Of a stretch of 51,896 bases of DNA, positions 12,283-24,537 are shown piece by piece (within the stretch, counting starts at the first letter, position 1; the number at the start of each line of letters is the position of its first letter). The notes beneath the pieces are model-generated. The model saw only the letters and a program-made list of their open reading frames with translations. It did not search any database and was not told the origin of the DNA. Source of the DNA: Octopus bimaculoides (taxonomy: Eukaryota); assembly GCF_001194135.2 (NCBI RefSeq), contig NC_068986.1, positions 77,447,772 to 77,499,667 on the forward strand, given 5' to 3'. Made by a program: the position numbers and the translations under genes.

Positions 12283-13598
12283 TATTTACAGATGTGTGCA
12301 TCTACTCTACACAGACATTTATACCTGTATTCAAAATAGAAAAGGAAAAAAAATCCTATTTGCAAAACATGAATATTATTAGAATATTCATAAACAATAT
12401 TTAATTATATGTAAATATCATTACTGGATAGTTTCAGATCTAGTTAATTTTAAAATGAAATTAAATATATTTGAAATAAAAATGAATATTCTAATCACCC
12501 CTTAAAAAGCAAATTTATTTAGTTTTTTTTTAAATAGTAGTAGGTGCCCCAGCATGGCTGCAATTCAATGACTGAAACAAGTAAAGGATAAAAGAAAAAG
12601 AAAAACTTAAGTTCATGTTTTTTTATGATATTTAATGGAAAATTTGTGCAAGAGTGAAGTTTTGGTTTGTTGATGGACAGTGTTCTACTGTGAAAGACAA
12701 CAAAACAACATGAAAGACAATATAAGCAGAGACTATGGTGGTGATAAAGCAATAGTGATTAGCATCAAGGTAAACTAAAACATAGTCAACATAATCAAAC
12801 ACTAGAATTCAAGGAGACTAATGATGGACAGTCTGCACCAGTGAAAATCAGTTCAATAAAATAAAATTTAAAAAAAAAAAGTAAAGAACAAAAAAGCAAG
12901 CTCAGTTTGCTTGCAAAATTTTAGAGTTTTCTCTCCTTATAGCAGAATGGACATCACTAGATTTTTGATCTTTTTAAAACCGATATTGAGTTTTGCGCTG
13001 AAACTAAATACAAAAACAGTCAAAATCATCACGAAATCAGACCCATTCACACAAGAATATGTTATTAGCTTCTTTATCTTGGTTATACTTTATGTTATAC
13101 ACATAGTGGATTTTAAAAGAAGAGAAAAAATTGGACTTGATATTCTGTTAATTATATGTATAATGTATATTTATTTATTTATTTATTTATGTGTTTCAGC
13201 CAAGTGGCTGATGGGTTGACACAGCTTTTTTAAAAAGAATATGGTGAATATGCGAATGCATCCATATTTGCGTATAAAGTGTGTATATGTTTTGTGTGTG
13301 ACTTAATGTATTTGTGTTTATGTGTATGGATATAATGATGAATATGCATATGATTTTTGTATCTGTGTTTTTGTGTGTTTATATATTGATATATGCTTAA
13401 CTTACTGTATATGTGGGTACATGTTTTGAGTTAGATACTAATTTAATTACATACATTTATTTACATAAATTATTTCAGTTTTATTTTCAAATGGCGACAT
13501 AGAGAAAGTTTAGATTTTAGATATGAAAACAAAAAAAAATATAAGTTAAACATGGAATATATTAATTCACCATGTGAATGGTGAACAGCAAAATCAAA

Positions 13599-14028
13599 AT
13601 GATGACTTACATATTCATTCTTAATATGTTAAGGCAAATGTGAGCACGAATATACAAATCGCTGTTGTGGTTTGACATTGGAGAACAATTCTTTTGTGTG
13701 TTCATAATTTAAATGATTAATGCAAGGGGATTTTGGGGCACCTGGTTGGCAGATATCAATATGAATCAACAAATAATTTGTTTGCTGAAGTAAACAGGAG
13801 CCACAAACTCAGTTAGATTCATTAGTGTAGGACACCTGTAACTGATGAGACACAACAATGTCAAAACACTGGGTATCTCGAAGTCTCCTTATGCTAATGA
13901 ATCAAGTGAATTATGAACACTCATTTGTCTGATGGGAGGTGTTCTCCCATGATGAAACACACCATTGATTAGCACATTCATGTTTGAATCTGCTGGAACA
14001 TATAAAAAATGAATATGTAAGTCATCAT
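13599..14028. repeat. ~430-bp diverged fold-back (long inverted repeat)
   Basis: Terminal 21-mers (13599-13619 and 14008-14028) are perfect reverse complements. The arms keep aligning inward for ~150 bp at roughly two-thirds identity by hand alignment. Confidence 0.75.
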
Positions 14029-14520
14029 CATCATCATAGAATATATTCTTTTATATCAAAGTTTCCTGTGAAAGTATCATCAATATATTTAAAATTGTAT
14101 CCCACCGATGCTGTCCAAGAGAAAAGCAAAGGCCAATACAGCTTGGCTCAGTGAACTGGAGCAATGTAAAATAAAGTGTCTTGCTCAAGAACACAACCAA
14201 CAACTGCATCCAGGAATCAAACTCACTACCTCATGGACGGTCTCCTTGTTTAAAATTCATTTTAGCCTGGGTTGGGTGGCTCATCAAATTTGTATTTAAT
14301 AGATAGATGCCCTTTCTAATATCACCCATTCAACTGCTGAGAAGCAATATCTCATATTTTAAAGCTAGGCTGAATAATACATTTGCTTAAAGTTGCAATA
14401 TAACATTTATATTGCAGGATATAATTCTTTAATATTTGAAGTTGATCTTACTCATATATGCCTAATACAGACACATACATACATGTGAGGGAAACATAGA
14501 AGACTGAGAGAAGGAAAGAT

Positions 14521-14562
<42 letters not shown>

Positions 14563-14612
14563 AGCATACACATCCAGCCCATGCCAGACATTAAATGATG
14601 ATGATGATGATA

Positions 14613-15260
14613 CAGGCTGTCCTCATTTAACGACCGAGTTACGTTCCAACAGCCCTGTCGTTAAGCAAATTCGTTGTTAAATGAATATTCATAGGGTATG
14701 TATTTTTTTTTATAGGTATAGTGTACTGTACATACATATAAAAACAGAATACCATACTGTATAAAGTATATGCAGTACAGGGCCAAGAATCACTAACATA
14801 AATTGTTGAAAAATGAATAAGTAACAGTAAGATTATCACAAGGAAAACCTTAAAAGTTAGGATATGGATACTGTATTATTGTAGCTCAGACATCGTAAGT
14901 ATGTTTGTGATTCCAGACCCAGTACATAAGATGCCTAATAAACTTTTCTCAGGATTATATAGAAAAGGTAAATAGGTTTAAAGGAAACTCAAACATAATA
15001 ACTTTGTTTTACTTTGTATAAAGATTACAAAAGCAACTCATTCTCGACATCAAACTGCATGAAAAATCCCGTCAGTGTTGTTTGCTTTGTTATCTTCTTT
15101 TTTTCATCATAGATTTCTCAATAACATCGGAAAAGTTCAGTTGTCTGCATTTCCACCTTGGAAAATCGCTCAAAATTTGGATCCATTGCCTCAAGTTCTA
15201 TTTTGTAAAATATGTAATGGCAGCTCGTAAAGTTCGTCGTAACTCCAAGTGGACAGTCTG
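14613..15260 (-). mobile_element. Internally deleted Tigger-like element with TIRs and TA target duplication
   Basis: TA|CAGGCTGTCC ... GGACAGTCTG|TA (9/10 inverted match). Retains the transposase C-terminus LEAMDPNFERFSKVE...CY*EIYDEKKKITKQTTLTGFF. Confidence 0.85.
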
Positions 15261-15791
15261 TAATACATATCCTTGTTTTAACATCTACTTTTCTATGTTT
15301 GCAAGGGTCAAATGAGAGCATGTGGAGGTAGAGCTTTTCTATGGCTGGATGCCTTTCTGTCACCAACCCCCACTAGTTTCCAAGTGAAGTGATAAAATAT
15401 TAGTCTTTCAAACATGTTTGAAACATTAAACATGGACATGTTTAATATGAGCAATGCATAACAAATGACACTGTGTGAGGAGGATATTGTTGACAAAGAT
15501 GACACAACATGTTGAGAAGCCTGGATATCTTTTCATGGTGCACTACAAGTCAATGGCACTGACAGGAAGCCATTGTTTACAAACCAGAGAACATGAGGGT
15601 AATACAGAAACACAGACATATGTACACAAACACACATACATATATATATATGATTCTGTTTACCAAATCCACTCACAAGGCTTAGTAGAAGATATTTGTC
15701 CAAGATGTCACACAGTGGTACTGAACTCAAAACCATGTGGTTGGGAAGCAAACTTCTCAACCACACAGTCATACTTGCACCTACAATGATG

Positions 15792-15832
<41 letters not shown>

Positions 15833-16277
15833 TAAATCTCTGAACGAAGTATAAACAGTAATTGCATGACGTGAAGTATATTTGCCACTTAAATGTGACT
15901 AGACCCTAAGGTTGAATGCTACTGTTCATATTGGAGCTTCCGGCATGAATGCCAAGCAGTACAGCATGTCATCTCCAAATTTCTGACAGAGTGAATTGCA
16001 TCATGGTACTGTTTTTCTCACAGACAGTGCCCAATTGACCCTACTATACTGTATAGTTGATAAAATTAAAAACAAACAATGCGCATGCATGAAATTAAAA
16101 ATATAAAATGGTGACAATTTACCCATCGCACCTGGTATATATTTCATGTAAGCAAAGCAATACTAATAATCAGTATACACACGCTTCAGGGAAAAGCGTT
16201 GAGTATAGAGCGTAATAAGAGATTATATAAATGGCAAGGGATCAAGAAAATATGTGTGTAATCCCTTGTCATTTACA

Positions 16278-16316
<39 letters not shown>

Positions 16317-16441
16317 CAGCAGAAATATAACAAAATAAAACCTATTGTCTAAATGTGTTGATTTGCCAGGAATATCAAATGAATCTCTCAAACCACATCC
16401 TACAGTCTTATATAAAGTTGTCATCATCATTATCTGTTCAC

Positions 16442-16550
16442 CTTTTCTTGCTGACATGGAATATGGCTCAACCAATAAATGATGGCTGCCTTATGGTTGA
16501 TGTGAGAAACTTCAAAGGAAATGTGCAAGTTTTCCTGCCAAACAATTTTG
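16442..16550 (-). CDS. Candidate exon (S-KIVWQENLHISFEVSHINHKAAIIYWLSHIPCQQEK)
   Basis: Acceptor ctacaatcttcag|C, donor AAG|GTGAAC, 109 nt, phase 2 to 0. Fits between the 21716 donor and the phase-0 exons near 10.1 kb. No homology recognised. Confidence 0.3.
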
Positions 16551-16879
16551 CTGAAGATTGTAGAGTGGGCAGATTACAACTATAATAGTTGGCAAATTAA
16601 ACTTCAGGTGTCTGAGGAAATCTATAACATTTGGTTTCTCCTCCTTTTTCACTTATGTAATGTGCTTATGTTGTACTTGTTAAAAGGCACCAACCTTAAC
16701 TTGTAGCGACGAGTAACATACTAATTATATCCAATAATTTAAATTCTTTGCAATTCTTTCATATTATCCAGCAAGTTACATACAGAAGATTCCTGTTATG
16801 TTCATTGAACATTGTTCCATTAATTTATAACAATATTCTAGATATAAATGATGTGGGTGAATAAAATATTTGCAATATA

Positions 16880-17270
16880 GGCGCAGGAGTGGCTGTGTGG
16901 TAAGTAGCTTGCTTACCAACCACATGGTTCCGGGTTCAGTCCCACTGCGTGGCACCTTGGGCAAGTGACTTCTACTATAGCCTCGGGCCGACCAAAGCCT
17001 TGTGAGTGGATTTGGTAGACGGAAACTGAAAGAAGCCCGTCGTATATATGTATATGTACATATATATATGTGTCTGTGTTTCTTCCCCCACCATCGCTTG
17101 ACAACCGACGCTGGTGTGTTCACGTCCGCGTAACTTAGCGGTTCGGCTAAAGAGACCGATAGAATAAGTACTAGGCTTACAAAGAATAAGTCCTGGGGTC
17201 GATTAGCTCGACTAAATGCGGTGCTCCAGCATGGCCGCAGTCAAATGACTGAAACAAGTAAAAGAGTAAA
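16880..17270 (+). mobile_element. Near-intact tRNA-derived SINE (family A; CORE-like body; CR1/L2-like tail)
   Basis: Box A-like TGGCTGTGTGG (~16890), box B-like GGTTCAGTCCC (16933-16943), ACCTTGGGCAAGT segment, internal (TA)n, tail GTGCTCCAGCATGGCCGCAG...TGAAACAAGTAAAAGA. CpGs retained. Many degraded relatives in the window. Confidence 0.9.
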
Positions 17271-17335
17271 CTCAATTAAATATGAGTGTGGTCATTGTCT
17301 TCCAACAGAACCCATTATTGGTTAACAAGCATTTA

Positions 17336-17890
17336 CCGTCGTAAAATAGAGAAAGTAAACTTTCCTTAAAAATTAAACTACACAGCGATAAACCGGAAGT
17401 GATGTCAGTGACATTCTGTATTTTCCTGTGAACACTATGTGACGTACGAATGTATTCAATACCTAAATATATATATAAATCGTATATTTTTTTTTTTTTT
17501 ACATAAGATGAAAACAATCACATTTGCATAAAAGCATAACGGTCATTGATACATGAAATGAGATTCGTAATAGCTTTCTCGTTCTCTAAATTTGTTCCAC
17601 CACATATGCTCTTGAACATATGATGTAAACATTTTATCATAAATCCCACATTGCTGTCAAAGTTTCTTCTTGGTAAACATCCATCGTCTGTCGAACAGAT
17701 TGTCTATGGAAGCTATCAACATTTGGATAAACAAAACTGAGCAAATGATTGACCCAAATTAGAAGCCCACCAATCGGATATCAAATGCGTTTTCTAAAAT
17801 TTTGGAATAACACTGGCGTCACTTCCGGTTTTTAGCGCAATATAATTTTATTTTTTGTATGGATAGTCTACTTTCATTATTTTACGACGG
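17336..17890. mobile_element. MITE/non-autonomous DNA transposon with ~90-bp imperfect TIRs
   Basis: CCGTCGTAAAATA...AAACCGGAAGTGAyGyCAGTG at the left matches the reverse complement of 17805-17890. No coding capacity. TSD not resolved. Confidence 0.75.
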
Positions 17891-17899
17891 CGAGGGTCT

Positions 17900-18955
17900 T
17901 GTTTCAGGGAACGAGTCCCCCACCCCCAATTTTATAAGAACGGGGAACAAACCATCTACTTTTTCCTAATTAAAAAAGGAAGTACCACCGTTAATCTAGG
18001 TGGTATGTTGCATAGTGTCAAACTGGTGCAGGAGGAGCTAAAAAAATCTATACAGTAAAGAAAAATTTCAGTAGGCAACGCAAAGTTCCTAAAAGATACC
18101 AGGAAGGAAATGCGTTAAACTATCAACACTGTACTGTTTTCGATCATTACAGAGTGCAGTATTTGAAGGTAGTCGATACTGTAATAGCAAATTTGAAAGA
18201 TTATGTTTTTATCACAGGATTCAGCAGATTATGAAAAACTGAGCAATATTTTATTCATGGAAATTTTTGTGCTGAAGTGATTCATGCAGTATCCAGAGCT
18301 TGATGAATTTTCCTTAAGGAACGAAATACTTTTTTTTATAGAAATCATCATAGTGGATCATTTCTCAAGGATCATCGTAAAATATTCGGTGAAAAGTAAC
18401 CAGAAATCCGTCGCATGTTTCCAAATGTTGAGCGATTGCTCAGGCTACTTTTAGTGTTTCCAACCAGTTCTTGTGAAGCTGAAAGATCTTTTAGCGGTCC
18501 GCGGAGACTCAAAACTTGGTTGCGATCGGCCATGACTCAGAAAAAGTTGAATAATATTCTAATATGTCACGTTCATAGAGATATTTTGGAAAAGATTAGT
18601 TGTGAAGTTGCTAAATTATTTATTGACAGCAATGATGCGAGATATAATACGTTTGGGAAGTTCTAAAAGACAATAGATTTACATTATATCTTTTTTATTC
18701 AAACATGAATCTGAGAGATTTAGAAATGTATCATTTCTAATTTTATTTTTTGTTTATCTGATATAATAAATTCTTTTTAACCTTATTTCTTTTATATCTG
18801 AACTTCATTTGAACATATAAAATTTAATTAGCGTAAAATTTTACTTATGTGATAGGGTCCGGGAAAGGTACCATGAGCAATACTAACATGCTCCTTTAAG
18901 AATCAACAAATGTTGATCTGTCCACCTCACGTTTTTAAGGCAACTGAAGCCCCTG
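17900..18955 (+). mobile_element. hAT transposon 3' remnant with C-terminal dimerisation domain
   Basis: ORF 18415-18666 (FPNVERLLRLLLVFPTSSCEAERSFS..RRLKTWLRS.MTQ..LN.....VH) is the hAT dimerisation motif. Degraded upstream frame (RQRKVPKRY). Right end GAAGCCCCTG resembles hAT termini. Left TIR not found. Confidence 0.85.
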
Positions 18956-19113
18956 TACGGCGGTAAAACTGCATGTTAATCAGATTGTGAATAACCAACG
19001 AAGGATATATGACTAACCACCATACTAAAGGTCTTTCTCAAACCTGTCTACATTTTTTCAAGAGGAACCTGTTGAACAATAATTAATGCGGATCTTGCAA
19101 ATGATGAGGCCTT

Positions 19114-19612
19114 TGTTGTAGCTGATGTTTATGATGCTGCTTTATTGGCGGTCACACTTGTAGTGACAACTTATAGCAGACGACTGTTATATGTTCAATG
19201 TCCGGAGTTGTATCCACGCATGCGCAGGGACTAGTTCCGGAAGGAATACAGGAAGAGTCTCATGCGCATGCGTAGAGTTCGACACCCAGCTTTGGCGCCT
19301 TTTCTCAGTCTCTTCGTTCACTGATCTCCGTCGAGCCAAGACGTCCAACAGAGTTCTTTCACATGTCAGCACCAGAGCTTCACAAATAACCACGGAAATC
19401 ATTCAGGAGGCGTCTCAGTAACCGAGGGCGACGAGCTACCGAATTCCCTCCAAGCGTGAACTGAATTCCACTGTAAATAAATATTGTTATGTTGTTCAGA
19501 ATCTGCGTTCCGTTGTTTCTTCTAGAAATTTAATGTACGGAAGCGGTGTATACCTAATGGTGTATAACCACTTACCTACACACTAAAACTGCGTTTTTCT
19601 CTCGTTTCAACA
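19114..19612 (+). mobile_element. Probable solo LTR (~499 bp)
   Basis: TGTTG...CAACA termini; flanks gcctt/gccat (4/5 TSD match); AATAAA at 19476-19481; CpG-rich relative to the flanks. Confidence 0.6.
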
Positions 19613-19634
19613 GCCATATCATCCATGTCTGAGA

Positions 19635-20040
19635 TCGTTGACTTGTTTAACCCCTGACTAGCGCTATTTAGTAATCCTATGATCAAAGGCATTTCAGCTG
19701 TGACTTCCTCGTCTTTGTTTTCATGTAGAGAGAACTCAGGATTGCCATTATCCAAAGTGTCTTTTTCAATGTGATTTGAGGGAGATTAGGCTGCTATTTT
19801 CAGCATGTCAGGTGACCAAGCTACTGTGTTGGTTCGATCGACTTGTTTAGCTCCAAGTCAACCCTGATTGATCAGACTTACAATCAAAAGCATTCTACTC
19901 ATGATCATCTCATCTTTTATGTGCATGGAACACAGGGTCACATTAGTCAATGTCTTTTTCTACGAAGCAAGTGTGATTTGAAAGAAACTTGACAGCTATT
20001 TTTAGCAGGTCGTGTGACCATGTAGAAGATCTCCACCGGC
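19635..20040 (+). repeat. Two diverged tandem copies (~195 bp) of a dispersed repeat; reverse-oriented copy at ~24950-25140
   Basis: Shared motifs gacttgttta, atcaaaxgcatt, tgtgatttga..gagat, gctatttt.agca.gtc.gtgacca. Confidence 0.6.
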
Positions 20041-21715
20041 GCAGTCGTTGACTTCGATGGTGATTATTGCTGCATCTTTTTCCTTTGAACAAGAAGGAAA
20101 CTGTCTCTAGTGATGCCATCCTGTTCTCCTTGTTTATATATCACCATTTTGTAGAATTATCCAGAGTCAATTCGATCAAATAAGTACCAGTTAAAGCACT
20201 GGAGTCGATTACATCAACCGACACCCCAGCAGATTTCTGGCCTTGTGCCAATAGTAAAAACGGTTAATGTTGGCATTATTACCCGGAAACGAAATCGAAA
20301 GAAAAATAGTGCAACTGGTATATAAAAAAAAAAATAATGGTGTAGGAAACGAATTTGAAAAAAAAAGTGCCTGGAAAGCAACGGGGGAGGCCTTTGGAAA
20401 ATTCACAAGATCAGATATTTTCCCCCCATAACTTTTAGGAAAATGGGTTTTTTAAAGTGAAATTTTATATATGTCGGAAAAAAGTAATTCAACAACGCGG
20501 GTTGATGAACCGTAAGACGTGTGGCCAGAACCTCCTGGAAAATAACCATAGCGAGGGACATCCCACAGTTGAATTAGAACAGTCACAAACAGTGAAAGAA
20601 GACATGCACCCAACACCAGAGCTGAAGACACCTCCGAAAGGGGGTGGCCCCGCCACGTCAAAACGGTAGAGGAGTAGGGGCCGAAACCGGACGTGGTTCC
20701 TCCTGATGATGTCTTGAGCTAACTGGATCCTATAAAGGAGCTGTTGTGGTAGCAGACCACGAAATATGGTTGAAATTCCTCCATTTCAAAAAAAGAATGT
20801 GGGTGGGTGGAACAATGAATAATATTTACTGCATTTTTGACTTTGAGAAAAAATTTTTTATACAATTGTTCACTACCATACAAAAGCTATATCAGTTGAA
20901 TAAATGACCTTCGCTAAATACACTAAAAATTCTATAACATATCCAAAACACTATTTCAGAAAATTATCTCTATTCTCTTTGAGCACTAAAAGACAAATTT
21001 AGAGGGGGTAAAATGAGTAAGACAAGATAAAGGTAAATTTGCCTCCTCGATTCTCCAGAATTACATTTGAAAAAAGACATATGCACATCAATATCCACCC
21101 TTAGACATCAAAGAAATCAGAAATGTAACAAAAATTGAAATATCTAGGTAAAATGAAAGAGGATCATGGAAAAATGGCAGGTTATGAAATTAACGAAATT
21201 CGACTAAATCTAAAACTCATCATAAAATATACTCTATAGCTTCTTCACGATCTGCTTGAGTTGCTCTCTTTCTGATGTAATTACGCACCTAGAAATTATT
21301 GAAATTAGTCATTACTCATTTTGCTTCAATTTAGACAGCAGTTTTTGAAAATGGAAAATTATCAAATTAGACGTTAGTGTGAGGAAAATCGACTTGGAAT
21401 CCAACTCAAAAAGAAAATTGATTGTTAAGCACCAAATATTGTCTAGATATTTTATTAGCACCCTCAATTACAATCGGGTGAAAGTTGAGGGAAAATTTCT
21501 TGATAAAAAAGTACCTGTCACCTGACTATGTTCCAAACTCTCTCAACTTCAACAACAACTATGCTGATCAGTTTTTACTCCTAAAGATGATGCAACACTC
21601 GCAGTGTAATGGTTTCAAACAGGTAGGGAGAAAACAAGAAATCAGTAAATGACTCATTTGCCCTAGTTACTAATTTTTCACTCCAACCTCCCTGTTTAAA
21701 ATTTGCAGTCAATAC

Positions 21716-21783
21716 CTACTCGTATTGTACCAGCAAAATGGAACGATCGTCCCCTCTGTATTAAGACAAAACTCTGGTATCAT
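21716..21783 (-). CDS. Candidate first coding exon (MIPEFCLNTEGTIVPFCWYNTS)
   Basis: ATG in aaaactATGA context (A at -3). Overlapping donors CGA|GTAGGT (phase 1) and AG|GTATTG (phase 2). Lies just downstream of a CpG-richer segment. Confidence 0.35.
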
Positions 21784-21799
21784 AGTTTTCGTTAGGCGG

Positions 21800-22520
21800 A
21801 GTTCTTTGTGTCTTCAGAGTCAGTTATGTTATTCAATAAAGAGGATAACCAAATCTTTTCTTCTCGTTTCCCGTGTTTCATTTACCCTTATTCTTATATA
21901 TTATATTTAATTTTTCATGTTATACTTTACAATTATCGGATCCATGACCACATTATTAATTTTTTCTCCAGTTCCCAGGAAGTGTAGTTAAGAAGTTCAG
22001 ATAGTGCAGCGAAATGACACTCATCACTTATCACAATCATTAGACAACGTTATAATACAACCAGCACTTTCACCAACCAGATTCCACTGCAGCAAATAAC
22101 TTGTGTAAACAAATTTCAATCTACAACAATAAACAAACATTTGAGTTTTCTACCTTAGTCTGTTTCTTGACTTATTATCGTTTCAACTCTATATAACTAT
22201 ATATTACAATTCTTTTGGAAATTTCCTTCCACCTCGTAAACTATAACATTCAAAGAAGAACGCTCTGTACCGGAAGTAATTGATAACTTATTTTAACGAA
22301 GCAAAATAACAATATTACATATCACAAAGTCCCAACTAGTTAAGTCCATACACGCGAAGCGAACTGAGACGTTTCGATAGGTGTAACAACAACGATAATC
22401 ATAGTGATTTCGGTAAAATGCAGGAAAAGCAACGTTATTAAATTTTATATAGTAAAATTAAAAACGAAACAGCAAAAAGCGATTGGGAGCTCTTTTCTAT
22501 TGATGGGACAAAAGCATCAA
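21800..22520 (-). promoter_or_regulatory. Possible promoter/5' region of the minus-strand gene
   Basis: Visibly more CpG than the flanks with no recognisable repeat. ETS-type CCGGAAGT at 22270-22277; CCAAT on the minus strand at 22482-22486. Motifs only, no TSS data. Confidence 0.3.
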
Positions 22521-23419
22521 CGTTCCCTGTGAGCCTGTTTTACGGTGTGATAGATTATCAGGGTAATCTTCCACAACGTACTATCGTCTGGATACCTCAC
22601 AATCTTCTGCCCTTTTCCCTCTTACTCCAGCACATCCCCTTCCTAAGTACACTTCAGTATACACATTTTTTGACCTCAGGACCATGTTTCTTGTTCATAG
22701 CAGCTGGAATCTCATACCATCCTGTGAACTGTGGTCAACTTCCTTTTCGTCTGTGTTCTTTGGTTTTCCTCTGTCTCCTTTTTCTTATCCTCCAGAAGTT
22801 TACCACCCACATCTAACAATCCAGTTCTGCTGGGTAATGGGGGTTATCTTTGTTTTATTGGTCATCAGCTTTGTCATTGGCTTCCTGTTTATCAGCTCCT
22901 GGTATAAGGAATGAAATAAGTCTCTTAGCCATTCTTGGAACTGCAACTCCTGGTTGATGATTACTGATGTCTGCCACTTCTTCTCTTATGCTTTACCAGC
23001 TCTCCATGGTAAAATGCCTTTGAGTAGCTCTTACTGTTACACTGTACCATTTGAGCTTCATGCTTTGCACAAACAGTTGTATTGTGTTCCTTCATGTATT
23101 GATGATGGAGTGTAACTCCAGGATGATCCCGTCTCACCACACATAATTTTGCTCCCTTTGACACTCACAAACTACTCTTACTGTGCTTCAGAGATTATGA
23201 CAAGAGTCAACATCTGAGCCAATGTCCTTAGCTGTGATCTTATATTTCTATACCAGACTACATACAGATGTATCATGTGTTCTCCTCTTTACCCTCTTTC
23301 TCCTTTTAAATTTAAGAGGGAAAGCTCTGTCCTTTTAGACTATATTCCATACATTCATACATGTAAATAGAGTTTACCAATGTGCTGATGTACACACGTA
23401 TGAAAAACTAGATAAAAAT

Positions 23420-23652
23420 AAATTGGGACTGCTACTACTACTTTTACCACCACCATCAACCAACTACAACCCCCTTACTATAACCACTACCACTGCCTTT
23501 ACTACAATCTCTCCCATACTACCACCACCACGATCATCCTTACTACTATTACTACAGTCATTACCACCAATACTACTACTATCACTTCCACCTATGCTAT
23601 TGCCATCAACACTAGCTATATTGCTGCTACCATCTAACCCACCACTACCACC

Positions 23653-23684
<32 letters not shown>

Positions 23685-24035
23685 CAAAAGCAAGAAGGAA
23701 TATCAAAAGTATGGTTACCTAGTTAGGTAATTGTCATTCTAGAACTTGAAAACTTTCTTAGCAGTTAATCACAAGGAATTAAAAAAATATTTTATGAGAT
23801 AATCACTTTAAATTAATACAGAGAAATAATTAATGACCAAAATTTATTGTTGTTGTGATTGTGTTAATGATAATGATGATGAAAGGAGTGGCACAGTGAT
23901 GGTGTTCCTGGTGGTGGTGGTGGAGGAGGCAGGTTTGTTGTGTCAGTGTCATGTTAGTGTTGATGGTAGTGTTTATGAAGATGATGGTGTTGGTTATTAT
24001 TATGGTGGTGGTGGAAACGGTGTTAACTGTAAATG
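23420..24035. repeat. Low-complexity trinucleotide tracts (CAC/TAC-rich, then GGT/GAT-rich)
   Basis: Directly visible; explains the poly-Pro/Thr/Gly ORFs in the track. Confidence 0.85.
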
Positions 24036-24494
24036 AGGCATAGCATGTAGTAATTATGGCTTTGGAACTTCTTGGATCAACTCTTACCTGAGGTTATGAT
24101 TAAATAACATACAACTAAATGATGTCTTGTTAAAACATCTGGTAGAAGAGGGATGATAAGGAGATCAAAAGGATAACAAAAAAATAAATCAATAATATCA
24201 GATTGGAATTAAAAAAAAATAATGAGAATTAAAAACTAAAAAAAAATGGAAAACATGGAAACTGAAAATTTCCCCTACGAGAGAGAGAGGTGAAGAGAAG
24301 GGCAGATGAAAAGAGAGATGAAACAAAAGATACAGATGAAGGGAAAGAGAGATGATGAGAAGGACATAGATGAAGAGAGACATAAATGAAAGGAGAGATG
24401 AAGAGGAAGACACAGATGAAGGCAGAGAGAGAGAGAGAGATGATGATGATAAGGACATCAATGAAGAGAGAGATTGTATATATTTATATATATG

Positions 24495-24537
<43 letters not shown>

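Noticed and set aside
13611-13705. Open frame ending at the GTAAGT donor in the fold-back
   Set aside because: No acceptable acceptor, and the inverted copy is closed in all frames.
20675-20715. GAAA...CTGATGA arrangement suggesting a type II hammerhead
   Set aside because: Stems I and II cannot be formed.
22360-22410. Minus-strand GAAACGTC resembling a hammerhead 3' half
   Set aside because: No CUGANGA or stem II upstream.
22960-23250. Possible Tc1 fragment (ITAKDI...STVRVV)
   Set aside because: Similarity is limited to a few residues.
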